Positions 1 through 8,522 of a stretch of 44,318 nucleotides of DNA are shown piece by piece. This DNA comes from an uncultured Flavobacterium sp. (lineage in GTDB: Bacteria > Bacteroidota > Bacteroidia > Flavobacteriales > Flavobacteriaceae): positions 1 to 44,318 of the forward strand of contig CAYWFQ010000002.1 in NCBI GenBank assembly GCA_964457505.1, given 5' to 3'. Below the pieces are notes generated by a model, which worked only from the letters and a program-made list of their open reading frames with translations, was not told the DNA's origin and made no database searches. Numbering within the stretch: the stretch's first letter is position 1; each line of letters begins with the position of its first letter. The position numbers were made by a program, and so were the translations under genes.

Positions 1-345
1 ACCACACAAAATATGTTGGGCCTGATTAAAATGATTGTTCAATAGATTATTAAAATCGCGTAAAATTTTCTTTTCATCGCCAAAAAAAGAGGTTACTCTA
101 AAATTACGCACGTCACCTTTAATTACAAAATACCCCACTGAAACGCAGACAATTTTTCCAAACTCGGCCCAAATTCCTGCGCGGTCATAAAATTCCTCGG
201 GGCTATAGTCTTCTTTGCGTTGGTATTGGGTTTTGTGTTCCCAAAGATTTTTCATTTCGTCGTCAAGCGAATTAAAATGTTCTTCTTCTGGAACCGTCTC
301 GATGTCTAAAAAAAGAATGTGATTGAGGTTAATTTTTTCGATCAT
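1..345 (-). CDS. 3'-5' exonuclease (PolB-like DEDD family), 5' part only; runs off the window edge
   Basis: Not in the ORF track. Hand translation from ATG at 345: MIEKINLNHILFLDIETVPEEEHF...AGIWAEFGKIVCVSVGYF...QHILCG, open to position 1. LDIET is an ExoI DxE motif. Confidence 0.8.
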   Translation of the reverse strand, partial: MIEKINLNHILFLDIETVPEEEHFNSLDDEMKNLWEHKTQYQRKEDYSPEEFYDRAGIWAEFGKIVCVSVGYFVIKGDVRNFRVTSFFGDEKKILRDFNNLLNNHFNQAQHILCG

Positions 346-358
346 TAGGAAGATGGGA

Positions 359-530
359 TTAGATTTTTAGATTGGTTAGATTTTTGGAGTGATAGAAATT
401 TTAAAAATCTAAATTAATAAATTGCATTTATTTTTAGGTCAGAAACGGATCTAAATTATTAAACTGAAGTTATTTTTACGAATAAAAAATCGTCTAATTT
501 TCTAAAAATCTAACCAATCTAAAAATCTAA
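359..530. repeat. Perfect 27-bp inverted repeat pair enclosing a 118-bp AT-rich spacer (MITE-like)
   Basis: ttagatttttagattggttagattttt (359-385) is the exact reverse complement of aaaaatctaaccaatctaaaaatctaa (504-530). Confidence 0.85.
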
Positions 531-535
531 AAGTC

Positions 536-1018
536 TCATTCAAAAAGACTTTGTTGTGTACTTGGATTTTCGTGTTCTAGCAACCATTTTTTACGCCACA
601 AACCTCCTGCATAACCTGTTAGTGAACCGTCAGCACCAATGACTCTATGGCAAGGCACCACAATCCACAACGGATTTTTACCATTGGCAGAGGCTACCGC
701 GCGAATTGCTTTTACATCACCAAGTTGTTTGGCTAATTCCAAATAGCTCATTGTTTTCCCAAAAGGGATTCCGCATAAGCCTTTCCACACTTTTTGCTGA
801 AAGTCGGTACCAACAGGATTCAATTGGAAATCAAAATGGGTTCGTTTTCCATCAAAATAGTCTTGTAGTTGCGTTACCGCTTCTTGTAAAACCAACGGAA
901 TTTCTTCGGAAACAATGCCTTCAGCAGCAATAGCGATTGCTGCAATGCCATTCTCATTCCCTTTAATAGTGGCTATGCCTAATGGTGTTTGGATATGAGC
1001 TAATACTAATTCGTTCAT
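536..1018 (-). CDS. ogt: Methylated-DNA-[protein]-cysteine S-methyltransferase
   Basis: Active-site PCHRV; GTDFQQKVW, RAVASANGKNP and GYAGGLWRKKWLL motifs. Confidence 0.95.
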   Translation of the reverse strand: MNELVLAHIQTPLGIATIKGNENGIAAIAIAAEGIVSEEIPLVLQEAVTQLQDYFDGKRTHFDFQLNPVGTDFQQKVWKGLCGIPFGKTMSYLELAKQLGDVKAIRAVASANGKNPLWIVVPCHRVIGADGSLTGYAGGLWRKKWLLEHENPSTQQSLFE

Positions 1019-2893
1019 TTATTTTCCAATTCTTTTTTCTAACATTTCTTTGCTAATAGTTAGAGTTCTTCCGATTGGTTTTCCATTTCGATAAGATACT
1101 GCTCTAAACGTAATGTCGCCTTTGGGAATTTCAAAAGGCTGGGTATATTTTGTCGAATATTGTGCCGGAAAAGTACCGTCAATAGTGTAATAAATATCAA
1201 CATTTGATAAATCATTTGACAGTGTACACATCATTTTTCCATCTTGCTTTTTTACGATAACAATTGGGTCGTAAACGGCTTTACTTATCGGTTTTCCCGC
1301 AGTTTCAAATCGGTTAAAATGAGTTTCTAGTCGGGTTGAAAAATTATTCCACTCTTTTTTTTCTGAAGGACTCCAAACCGATTCAATGATAGCTAATGCT
1401 CTTGGATAGGTCATATAAAAAGCGTGTTCAATAGTGGGTATTTTCTCTGTCCAAAGATTGCCTTGTCCACCCAAAATATATTTTGGATCTACTCCTTCAG
1501 GTGCAGGTTCAAACTCATAGGATTTTTTTAAGGATAATTTGGCGTAAACCGGAACCTCAACGGAAGGATCGCCTTGCGTATAATCTAGATAGGCAAATGA
1601 ATTGGGAGACATCACCACTTCGTGACCTGCTTTTGATGCTTCGATACCACCTTTAGTTCCTCGCCAACTCATTATTGCGGCTCCATCTGCTAAACCGCCA
1701 TATAAAATTTCATCCCAACCAATTGCTTTTTTACCTTTAGAAGTAATAATATTGACTACTTTTTTAATGAAATAACTCTGCAATTCTTTGGCATCTTTAA
1801 GGTTTTCTTTTTGCATCAAAGCAACACAACCGGGATCTTTTTCCCAAAAACCATGATAACATTCGTCCCCTCCAATGTGAATGTATTGACCTGGAAACAA
1901 AGCAGCCACTTCTCCGAATATAGTATCCAAAATTGCATACACTTTTTCGTCAGAAGGGTTTAAGGAATTTTCTATTTTCATGGTAAAAGTCCCATCACCA
2001 TGCCAATCGGCAAAACTAGATCCTGGATTAACCATTTTGGGTTCTTTTAAAGTGGAGAGTTCTGGATAGGCGGCTAACAAAGCCATTGAATGCCCCGGAA
2101 TATCGATTTCAGGGACTATTGTGATCTGACGTTCGGCTGCATAGTGTAAAATATCTTTAATTTCCTCTTGAGTATAAAAGCCTCCGTAAGCTGTTGCTTC
2201 TCCTTCAGATGGAGCTTCTCGATTGCCAAAAGCACCAAATCGTTCTACGCGCCAAGCGCCAATTTCAGTAAGTTTCGGTAAGGATTTGATTTCGATTCTC
2301 CATCCATTATCATCCGATAAATGCCAATGGAGTACGTTGAATTTATATTTGGACATCCAATCGATGTATTTTTTCACATCAGATGTTGAAAAAAAATGGC
2401 GACTCACATCCAGCATTAATCCTCGCCAACCAAACCGCGGAAAATCCGTTATTGTGCAGGCAGGTAAGACAACATTTCCGTTAGACTTCGCATTAAAATC
2501 AAATAATTGATCTAGAGATTGAAGTGCGTAAAAAACTCCTATTACATTATTGGCTTTTAGCTCAACTTTATTTTGACGTACCTTTAGTGAATAGCCTTCT
2601 TTACCAATGGACTCATCTGCAGTTGAATTTAGAGAAATTTCAATGTTTTTTGAGTTAGCATTTGGTTTACTTTGAACTACTTTCAAGCCTTTTATAACAA
2701 AGGAACTAAAAAACAAATCCGCAACTTGAAACAACTCAGAGTTGCTGTTTTTAAGAACTACTTTTGTAGTTGGGGTTACAACAAAATTCCCTTTTTCGGC
2801 TATGTAACTAACCGGATTAGGAATTATAGCATGTTGGGCTTGCGCAAAGCAAGAAATCAAAAAAAATAATGCGGAGGTGAATTTTACTTTCAT
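1019..2893 (-). CDS. GH20 beta-N-acetylhexosaminidase with signal peptide and C-terminal Fn3-associated/CHB_HEX_C-like domain
   Basis: PRFGWRGLMLDVSRHF, LHWHLSDDNGWR, catalytic HIGGDE, GNLWTE; C-terminal IYYTIDGTFP...Y..PF. Confidence 0.93.
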   Translation of the reverse strand: MKVKFTSALFFLISCFAQAQHAIIPNPVSYIAEKGNFVVTPTTKVVLKNSNSELFQVADLFFSSFVIKGLKVVQSKPNANSKNIEISLNSTADESIGKEGYSLKVRQNKVELKANNVIGVFYALQSLDQLFDFNAKSNGNVVLPACTITDFPRFGWRGLMLDVSRHFFSTSDVKKYIDWMSKYKFNVLHWHLSDDNGWRIEIKSLPKLTEIGAWRVERFGAFGNREAPSEGEATAYGGFYTQEEIKDILHYAAERQITIVPEIDIPGHSMALLAAYPELSTLKEPKMVNPGSSFADWHGDGTFTMKIENSLNPSDEKVYAILDTIFGEVAALFPGQYIHIGGDECYHGFWEKDPGCVALMQKENLKDAKELQSYFIKKVVNIITSKGKKAIGWDEILYGGLADGAAIMSWRGTKGGIEASKAGHEVVMSPNSFAYLDYTQGDPSVEVPVYAKLSLKKSYEFEPAPEGVDPKYILGGQGNLWTEKIPTIEHAFYMTYPRALAIIESVWSPSEKKEWNNFSTRLETHFNRFETAGKPISKAVYDPIVIVKKQDGKMMCTLSNDLSNVDIYYTIDGTFPAQYSTKYTQPFEIPKGDITFRAVSYRNGKPIGRTLTISKEMLEKRIGK

Positions 2894-2912
2894 TATATTG
2901 TCATTAAGTATT

Positions 2913-2920
2913 CAAATATA
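2913..2920 (-). promoter_or_regulatory. Bacteroidota sigma-70 -7 element (TATATTTG) for the GH20-ogt unit
   Basis: caaatata on plus = TAnnTTTG on minus, about 20 nt upstream of the ATG and just downstream of the hemB terminator. Confidence 0.6.
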
Positions 2921-2936
2921 CTGATTTAATAAAAAC

Positions 2937-2968
2937 AAAAAACCACTCGAGTAGTCGAATGGTTTTTG
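2937..2968 (-). terminator. Intrinsic terminator after hemB
   Basis: Minus strand AACCATTCGA-ctac-TCGAGTGGTT (one G:U pair) followed by a T-run. Confidence 0.75.
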
Positions 2969-2972
2969 TATT

Positions 2973-3038
2973 AGCCCTGATAGTAGCGGCATCCTTTGCT
3001 GCCGGGGTTCGGCAGGAAAGATAAAGCGGATAGCAGGA
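2973..3038 (+). ncRNA. Structured intergenic RNA/repeat element, possibly the Flavo-1 motif (unverified)
   Basis: GC-rich long hairpin: cctg/cagg closing stem, atagta/ggatag internal loop, ctttgctgccg/cggcaggaaag upper stem. The family name is from recall only. Confidence 0.45.
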
Positions 3039-3046
3039 TAAGCTCC

Positions 3047-4042
3047 TTATTTTTGTAACAGTATGGCTGCTTCTTTCGCAAAATAAGTCGAAATCAAACT
3101 AGCTCCCGCTCGTTTGATACACATTAATTGTTCCATCATAATTTTGTCGTGGTCGAGCCAACCTCTTTCGGCTGCTGCTTTGATCATCGCATATTCACCA
3201 GAAACATGAAAAACCGTTACGGGAACATTCACGGCATTTTTTACCTCGCGAACAATATCCAAATACGCAATTCCAGGTTTCACCATGACCATATCGGCAC
3301 CTTCTTCAACGTCCCAAAGGGCTTCTTTGATGGCTTCGATGCGATTCGCGTAATCCATTTGGTAAGTTTTTTTATCCTTTGGCACTATCACGTCAGATTC
3401 TCTTGGTGCGCTATCTAAAGCATCTCGAAACGGACCATAAAACGCCGACGCATATTTAGCCGAATAACTCATAATGCCTACATTTTGGAAACCTGCCGCA
3501 TCCAAACCTTGGCGCAAACGCAACACTCGTCCGTCCATCATATCGCTTGGCGCCACAAAATCGGCACCCGCTTGCGCGTGAGAAACAGCCATTTTTACTA
3601 AGGCTTCATTAGTAGCATCATTTGCCACATCGCCGTTTTCAATAATTCCGTCGTGACCATAAATAGAATACGGGTCCAAAGCCACATCTGGCATCACAAT
3701 CATTTCTGGACAAGTCTTTTTAATCGCACGAATAGCTTGTTGCATCAATCCGTTGGGGTTCCACGCTTCTTTGCCTGTATTGTCTTTTAAATCTTCGCTA
3801 ACTTTTACATAGATATTCACAGCACGAATCCCTAAATCAAATAACTCTTGGACTTCTTTCACCGTCAAATCTATCGAACGACGAAAAATTCCTGGCATCG
3901 ATGGAATTTCGACTTGAATATTTTCTCCTTCTGCAATAAACATTGGAAACATAAAATCGTCCGGACTTAATGTGGTCTCTCTAACTAATGAACGAATACT
4001 TTCGTTTACTCGTAATCTTCTACCTCTGTGTAATGGAAACAT
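3047..4042 (-). CDS. hemB: Porphobilinogen synthase (ALA dehydratase), Asp-rich non-Zn type
   Basis: DVALDPYSIYGHDG, APSDMMDGR, SAKYASAFYGPFRDA, MVKPG. Confidence 0.97.
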   Translation of the reverse strand: MFPLHRGRRLRVNESIRSLVRETTLSPDDFMFPMFIAEGENIQVEIPSMPGIFRRSIDLTVKEVQELFDLGIRAVNIYVKVSEDLKDNTGKEAWNPNGLMQQAIRAIKKTCPEMIVMPDVALDPYSIYGHDGIIENGDVANDATNEALVKMAVSHAQAGADFVAPSDMMDGRVLRLRQGLDAAGFQNVGIMSYSAKYASAFYGPFRDALDSAPRESDVIVPKDKKTYQMDYANRIEAIKEALWDVEEGADMVMVKPGIAYLDIVREVKNAVNVPVTVFHVSGEYAMIKAAAERGWLDHDKIMMEQLMCIKRAGASLISTYFAKEAAILLQK

Positions 4043-4047
4043 ATCTT

Positions 4048-4692
4048 TTAGTTTGCTTTTAGTATTTTGTGTGAACCGTCACATTGTGGCATTTTTTTCG
4101 AAAGCCCGCAAGTACAATCCGTCATTCCTTTTCCGTCTATAATTTGATCTGTAAATTTATTAATTCTTGAAATTCTTGTATCAGCATGTTTTGCTGCAGC
4201 AAAAAACAAATGATAGGCTCTTTGTCTTCCCGGTGTTAAAGACTCGAAAGCGACTTTAAGTTTAGGGTTTTTGCTAAAAGCAATTTCTAATTCTTCAATA
4301 CATTCAAATTTTGCTTCAGTTGTTTTTACAATTTTAACCCCTATCTTTTCAAGCTCAATTGCTTGATGAATGTAATTACTGATAGCATTTTCCTTCTTAT
4401 CTAACTCTTTATTTTCAGATAATTTTATCATTCTGATATTTTGGGTGTTGTCCCCTGGCTTTTCTAATATCTCATACGAATCATGAATGAACGATCCTTT
4501 GAAAAACGAAATTCCGAAAGAATTCTTAAAATTGAAAATCATACAAACATTCTTGTTTTGAAAGGTATAACAAGGGGCATTCCATTTAAGTTCTTCCTTT
4601 AAATCAGCTTTAAGAACAATAGATCGTAAACGATTTAATTCTTCTTTTCTAATTTTCTGTTCTTCAAAATAGTGGTCTAAATCGGCATTCAT
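4048..4692 (-). CDS. YdeI-like DUF1801 + OmdA protein with a C-terminal CDGSH [2Fe-2S] motif
   Basis: EELKWNAPCYT and SFFKGS (DUF1801-like); AFESLTPGRQRAY...TRISRI (OmdA-like); CTCGLSKKMPQCDGSH at 4069-4116. Confidence 0.85.
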   Translation of the reverse strand: MNADLDHYFEEQKIRKEELNRLRSIVLKADLKEELKWNAPCYTFQNKNVCMIFNFKNSFGISFFKGSFIHDSYEILEKPGDNTQNIRMIKLSENKELDKKENAISNYIHQAIELEKIGVKIVKTTEAKFECIEELEIAFSKNPKLKVAFESLTPGRQRAYHLFFAAAKHADTRISRINKFTDQIIDGKGMTDCTCGLSKKMPQCDGSHKILKAN

Positions 4693-4778
4693 AAATACAA
4701 TTTGTCTATATAAATTAAAATGTTACCATTATCAATTTCAAAGTATCGATATTAATCAATCCGCATTTTCTGATATAT

Positions 4779-5681
4779 TTAAATCCAATTTTTAGGATTT
4801 TCTAATACTTTCAACACTTTTTCTTCTTCGCTACCTGCCTCAGGATGATGGTCATAATGCCATTGCACATGTGGTGGCAAAGACATCAAAATTGATTCAA
4901 TTCGGCCATTGGTTTTTAAGCCAAATAAGGTGCCTTTGTCGTGAACCAAATTAAACTCAACATAGCGACCACGGCGAATTTCTTGCCAAGTTCTTTGCTC
5001 GGCTGAATAAGGCAAGTCTTTTCTTTTTGCTACGATTGGTAAATACGCATCAAGGAATGAATTCCCAACTTCGGTAACAAAATTGAACCAATCTTCCATC
5101 GATTGTTCTTCGGTCGCTTTTAAATAATCAAAGAATAAACCACCTATTCCACGCGCTTCATTGCGATGCGCATTCCAAAAATAGTCGTCACATTGTTTTT
5201 TGTATTTCGGATAGAACTCAGAATTATGTTTGTCACAAGCAGTTTTACAGGTTTGATGAAAATGAACCGCATCTTCTTCAAACAAATAATAAGGTGTTAA
5301 ATCTTGGCCTCCACCAAACCACGAATTGATTACATTACCCTTCTCATCGTACATTTCAAAATAACGCCAATTGGCATGTACTGTTGGTACCATCGGGTTT
5401 TTTGGGTGAATCACCAAACTCAATCCGCAAGCAAAAAAATCCGCTTCACCTACGTTGAATAGTTTTTGCATCGAATCGGGTAATTTACCGTGAACCGCTG
5501 AAATGTTTACGCCACCTTTTTCAAAAACTTGTCCGTTTTCAATTACGCGCGTCCTTCCACCACCGCCTTCTGGTCTGTCCCAAAGATCTTCACGAAATCG
5601 AGCTACCTCATCAATCTCTTCTAATCCTTTACAGATTTGATCTTGTAGATTTTGTATGTATTGGTAAAATTTGTCTTTCAT
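4779..5681 (-). CDS. hemF: Oxygen-dependent coproporphyrinogen III oxidase
   Basis: GGGGRTRV, FEKGGVN, HPKNPMVPTVHANWRYFE, RRGRYVEFNLVHDKGTLFGL. Start moved to MKDKFY (5681) because the extension to 5732 runs through a repeat. Confidence 0.96.
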   Translation of the reverse strand: MKDKFYQYIQNLQDQICKGLEEIDEVARFREDLWDRPEGGGGRTRVIENGQVFEKGGVNISAVHGKLPDSMQKLFNVGEADFFACGLSLVIHPKNPMVPTVHANWRYFEMYDEKGNVINSWFGGGQDLTPYYLFEEDAVHFHQTCKTACDKHNSEFYPKYKKQCDDYFWNAHRNEARGIGGLFFDYLKATEEQSMEDWFNFVTEVGNSFLDAYLPIVAKRKDLPYSAEQRTWQEIRRGRYVEFNLVHDKGTLFGLKTNGRIESILMSLPPHVQWHYDHHPEAGSEEEKVLKVLENPKNWI

Positions 5682-5691
5682 TTTTTCTTTT

Positions 5692-5765
5692 CCTGCAAGG
5701 TCTTTTTGACCTTGTAGGTATATTGAATTCATTAAAACCTACAAGGTTTTGGAAACCTTGCAGGT
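5692..5765. repeat. Inverted doublet of REP-like palindromes (REPIN-like)
   Basis: cctgcaaggtc-ttttt-gaccttgtagg (5692-5718) and acctacaaggttt-tgg-aaaccttgcaggt (5737-5765); the second resembles the reverse complement of the first. Confidence 0.8.
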
Positions 5766-5774
5766 AGTTTCAGT

Positions 5775-6800
5775 TTACTGACCGTATTCCTTCACTGCTT
5801 CAACAAAAGCCTTCGCGTGATCGACAGGAATATTCGGTAAAATACCATGACCTAAGTTTACGATATAATTGTCTTTCCCAAATTCGTCAATCATTTCATG
5901 AACCATTTTTTTAATGGTTGGAATAGGCGACAACAAACGACTTGGATCAAAATTTCCTTGTAAGGTGATGTTTCCACCCGTTAAATAGCGGGCATTTCTT
6001 GGTGAACAGGTCCAATCTACTCCTAAAGCCGATGCTTTTGATTTGGCCATTTCGCCTAAAGCAAACCAACATCCTTTTCCAAAAACAATCACTTTCGTGT
6101 CTTCCGCAAGTGCCTCAACGATTTGGTTGATGTACTGCCAAGAAAATTCTTGATAATCTACCGGAGACAACATACCGCCCCAAGAATCAAAAATCTGAAT
6201 GGCGTTACAACCTGCTTTTACTTTTTCTTTCAAATATAGAATCGTGGTATCGGTAATTTTTTGCAACAAAGTGTGAGCTGCTACTGGATTGGAGAAACAA
6301 AATCCTTTTGCAGTATCAAAACTTTTAGAACCTTTCCCTTCCACAGCATAACAAAAAATTGTCCATGGCGAACCTGCGAAACCAATCAATGGCACCTCAT
6401 CGTTCAGCATTTCTTTGGTTAATTTGATAGCGTCAAAAACGTATCCCAAGGTTTCGTTCACATCTGGAACAAATACTTGATTCACTTGTTCCATGGTGCG
6501 AATTGGATTCGGAATTATTGGGCCTAAATTGTCTTTCAATTCCACGTGAATTCCCATCGCCCTTGGCACCACCAAGATATCAGAAAACAAAATCGCTGCA
6601 TCGGGTTTAACAATACGAATCGGTTGCACGGTGATTTCAGCTGCTAATTCTGGTGTTTCGCAACGGGTAAAGAAATCATATTTGTCACGCAAAGCTCTGA
6701 ATTCTGGCAAATATCTTCCCGCTTGGCGCATCATCCAAACCGGTGGACGTTCTACTTTTTCGTTATTTAAAGCACGTAGAAATAAATCGTTTTTTATCAT
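5775..6800 (-). CDS. hemE: Uroporphyrinogen decarboxylase
   Basis: [37 protein letters not shown]. Likely start MIKNDLF (6800). Confidence 0.97.
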   Translation of the reverse strand: MIKNDLFLRALNNEKVERPPVWMMRQAGRYLPEFRALRDKYDFFTRCETPELAAEITVQPIRIVKPDAAILFSDILVVPRAMGIHVELKDNLGPIIPNPIRTMEQVNQVFVPDVNETLGYVFDAIKLTKEMLNDEVPLIGFAGSPWTIFCYAVEGKGSKSFDTAKGFCFSNPVAAHTLLQKITDTTILYLKEKVKAGCNAIQIFDSWGGMLSPVDYQEFSWQYINQIVEALAEDTKVIVFGKGCWFALGEMAKSKASALGVDWTCSPRNARYLTGGNITLQGNFDPSRLLSPIPTIKKMVHEMIDEFGKDNYIVNLGHGILPNIPVDHAKAFVEAVKEYGQ

Positions 6801-6831
6801 TTTTATTTGTTTTGCCACAAAGGCACTTGGT

Positions 6832-7515
6832 TTAATTATAATAATATTCTTTAACTTCTGTAATTACATTTTCAACTGAAGTATGTTCTGCAATTATGAT
6901 GTTTTTTATGTTTTTGTTTTCCAAGGCTTCAGCGGTAGTTTCTCCAATGCAAAAGCACATTTCTTTTTTAATGGTATTATCTTTCATATAACTCTCAACT
7001 CCAGATGGACTGAAAAACAAAATCGCATCTACAGCCTCCTTAATCTTATGTGGTTTCAACTGCGTTTCATATACTTCAATTTCGTTGAACTCAATTCCAG
7101 CTTCTTTTAATGCCAACGGCAACGTCTCTTTTCTCAAATTTCCGCTGAAAAAAGTATAACTCCCATTAGCATAAATTAAACTGATAATCTCGGCTAAATC
7201 AGAAGCATAATCAGCATAGGCAACCACTTCAAAACCGGCATCGGTCAAAATGGTTTTACTTTTTACACCAACACAAAATGCTTTTTTCGACTGAAGCTCT
7301 GATTTATTTTTATCAAATTGTGGGTGATTTAAAAAACTTCGCACCGCATTCTGACTCGTAAAAATCAAATTGTTTTTAATTCCTTTCAATTCAAAATTCT
7401 TGGTTTCCACTTCTATGAAATTGGACTCCAAAACCTCCAAGCCAATATCCGTCAACGCTTGTTTTTGATCAGCTAAAAGCACTTTTGTCGATAAAATTCG
7501 GATTGAAGTTGCCAT
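6832..7515 (-). CDS. hemD: Uroporphyrinogen-III synthase
   Basis: [31 protein letters not shown]; lies between hemC and hemE. Likely start [11 protein letters not shown] (7515). Confidence 0.9.
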   Translation of the reverse strand: MATSIRILSTKVLLADQKQALTDIGLEVLESNFIEVETKNFELKGIKNNLIFTSQNAVRSFLNHPQFDKNKSELQSKKAFCVGVKSKTILTDAGFEVVAYADYASDLAEIISLIYANGSYTFFSGNLRKETLPLALKEAGIEFNEIEVYETQLKPHKIKEAVDAILFFSPSGVESYMKDNTIKKEMCFCIGETTAEALENKNIKNIIIAEHTSVENVITEVKEYYYN

Positions 7516-7531
7516 TATTTTATTTTTATTA

Positions 7532-7593
7532 AACCATAAAGGCATTAAGGCTGATTAAGTTTTGCTCTTAATTTTCTTAATCTCTTAATGGTT
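7532..7593. repeat. Imperfect palindrome built of ~9-nt ATTAAG/CTTAAT units
   Basis: aaccataaaggcattaaggctgattaag ... cttaattttcttaatctcttaatggtt between hemC and hemD. Confidence 0.7.
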
Positions 7594-7598
7594 AAAAT

Positions 7599-8522
7599 TT
7601 ATTTTTTTAATTGGTTTTTAATTTCAACCATTAATTCGGCACCGCCATTTTTCAAAATTTCTTGAGCAGAATGGAAACCTAATTTCTTCCACTCTGATAT
7701 ATCTACTGATTTTTCGATTTCGATTTTTTGTTTTCCATCAATAGAAAACAAAACCCCTTTAAATTCAATCGTATCTTTTTCTTCGTCGTATTCTGCCAAA
7801 GCTCCAATCGGTGCCGTACAACCTCCTTCTAAAGTCTTCAAAAATTGTCGCTCAATATAAGTGCAAATTTCTGTTTCAATATCGTTCAACTGACTCACAG
7901 CGTCTTTGGTAAACTCGTCATTCGCCATTGCCACAACTAACATTGCACCTTGTGCGGGAGCTGGAATCATCCAATCTAAATTGATATAATTTTCTGGTTT
8001 GAGATTGATTCGTTCCAAACCTGCTGCAGCAAAAACAGCTCCGTTCCAATCGCTTTCAGCTAATTTTTGCATGCGGGTATTTACATTGCCACGCAAATCC
8101 ACCACTTGGTGATTAGGGTATTTGTGCCACCATTGCGCTTGACGACGCAAACTTCCTGTGGCAATCGTTCCTGATGTGGATAGAAAGTCCAAATTACCTT
8201 TATGGACCAAAATATCAAGGGTGTTTGCGCGCTCCAAAACTGCCGCTTGAACAATGCCTTGCGGCAAAGCAGTTGGCACGTCTTTCATGGAATGCACCGC
8301 AATATCCACCTGACCATTAATCATAGTAATGTCTAAGGTTTTGGTAAAAATTCCAGTAATTCCTAATTCGTATAAAGGTTTATCAAGAATAATATCACCT
8401 TGCGATTTTACAGCTACAATTTCGGTGGTATAACCCAAATCGTTCAGTTTTTTCTGAACGGTATGCGCTTGCCAAAGAGCGAGTTCGCTATCGCGAGTTC
8501 CTATGCGTATTGTTTTACTCAT
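7599..8522 (-). CDS. hemC: Hydroxymethylbilane synthase (PBG deaminase)
   Basis: IGTRDSELALWQA, AVHSMKDVP, GSLRR, LRGNVNTR, LEGGCTAPIGA. Confidence 0.97.
   Translation of the reverse strand: MSKTIRIGTRDSELALWQAHTVQKKLNDLGYTTEIVAVKSQGDIILDKPLYELGITGIFTKTLDITMINGQVDIAVHSMKDVPTALPQGIVQAAVLERANTLDILVHKGNLDFLSTSGTIATGSLRRQAQWWHKYPNHQVVDLRGNVNTRMQKLAESDWNGAVFAAAGLERINLKPENYINLDWMIPAPAQGAMLVVAMANDEFTKDAVSQLNDIETEICTYIERQFLKTLEGGCTAPIGALAEYDEEKDTIEFKGVLFSIDGKQKIEIEKSVDISEWKKLGFHSAQEILKNGGAELMVEIKNQLKK

Noticed and set aside
5682-5732. N-terminal extensions of hemF (also hemD, hemE, rnpA, pgk, mltD, holB)
   Set aside because: They run through repeats, promoter motifs or leaders; family similarity begins at the downstream ATG.
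5692-5765. Two palindromic repeats as a mini-CRISPR
   Set aside because: Only two units, inverted, with an 18-nt spacer and no cas genes.
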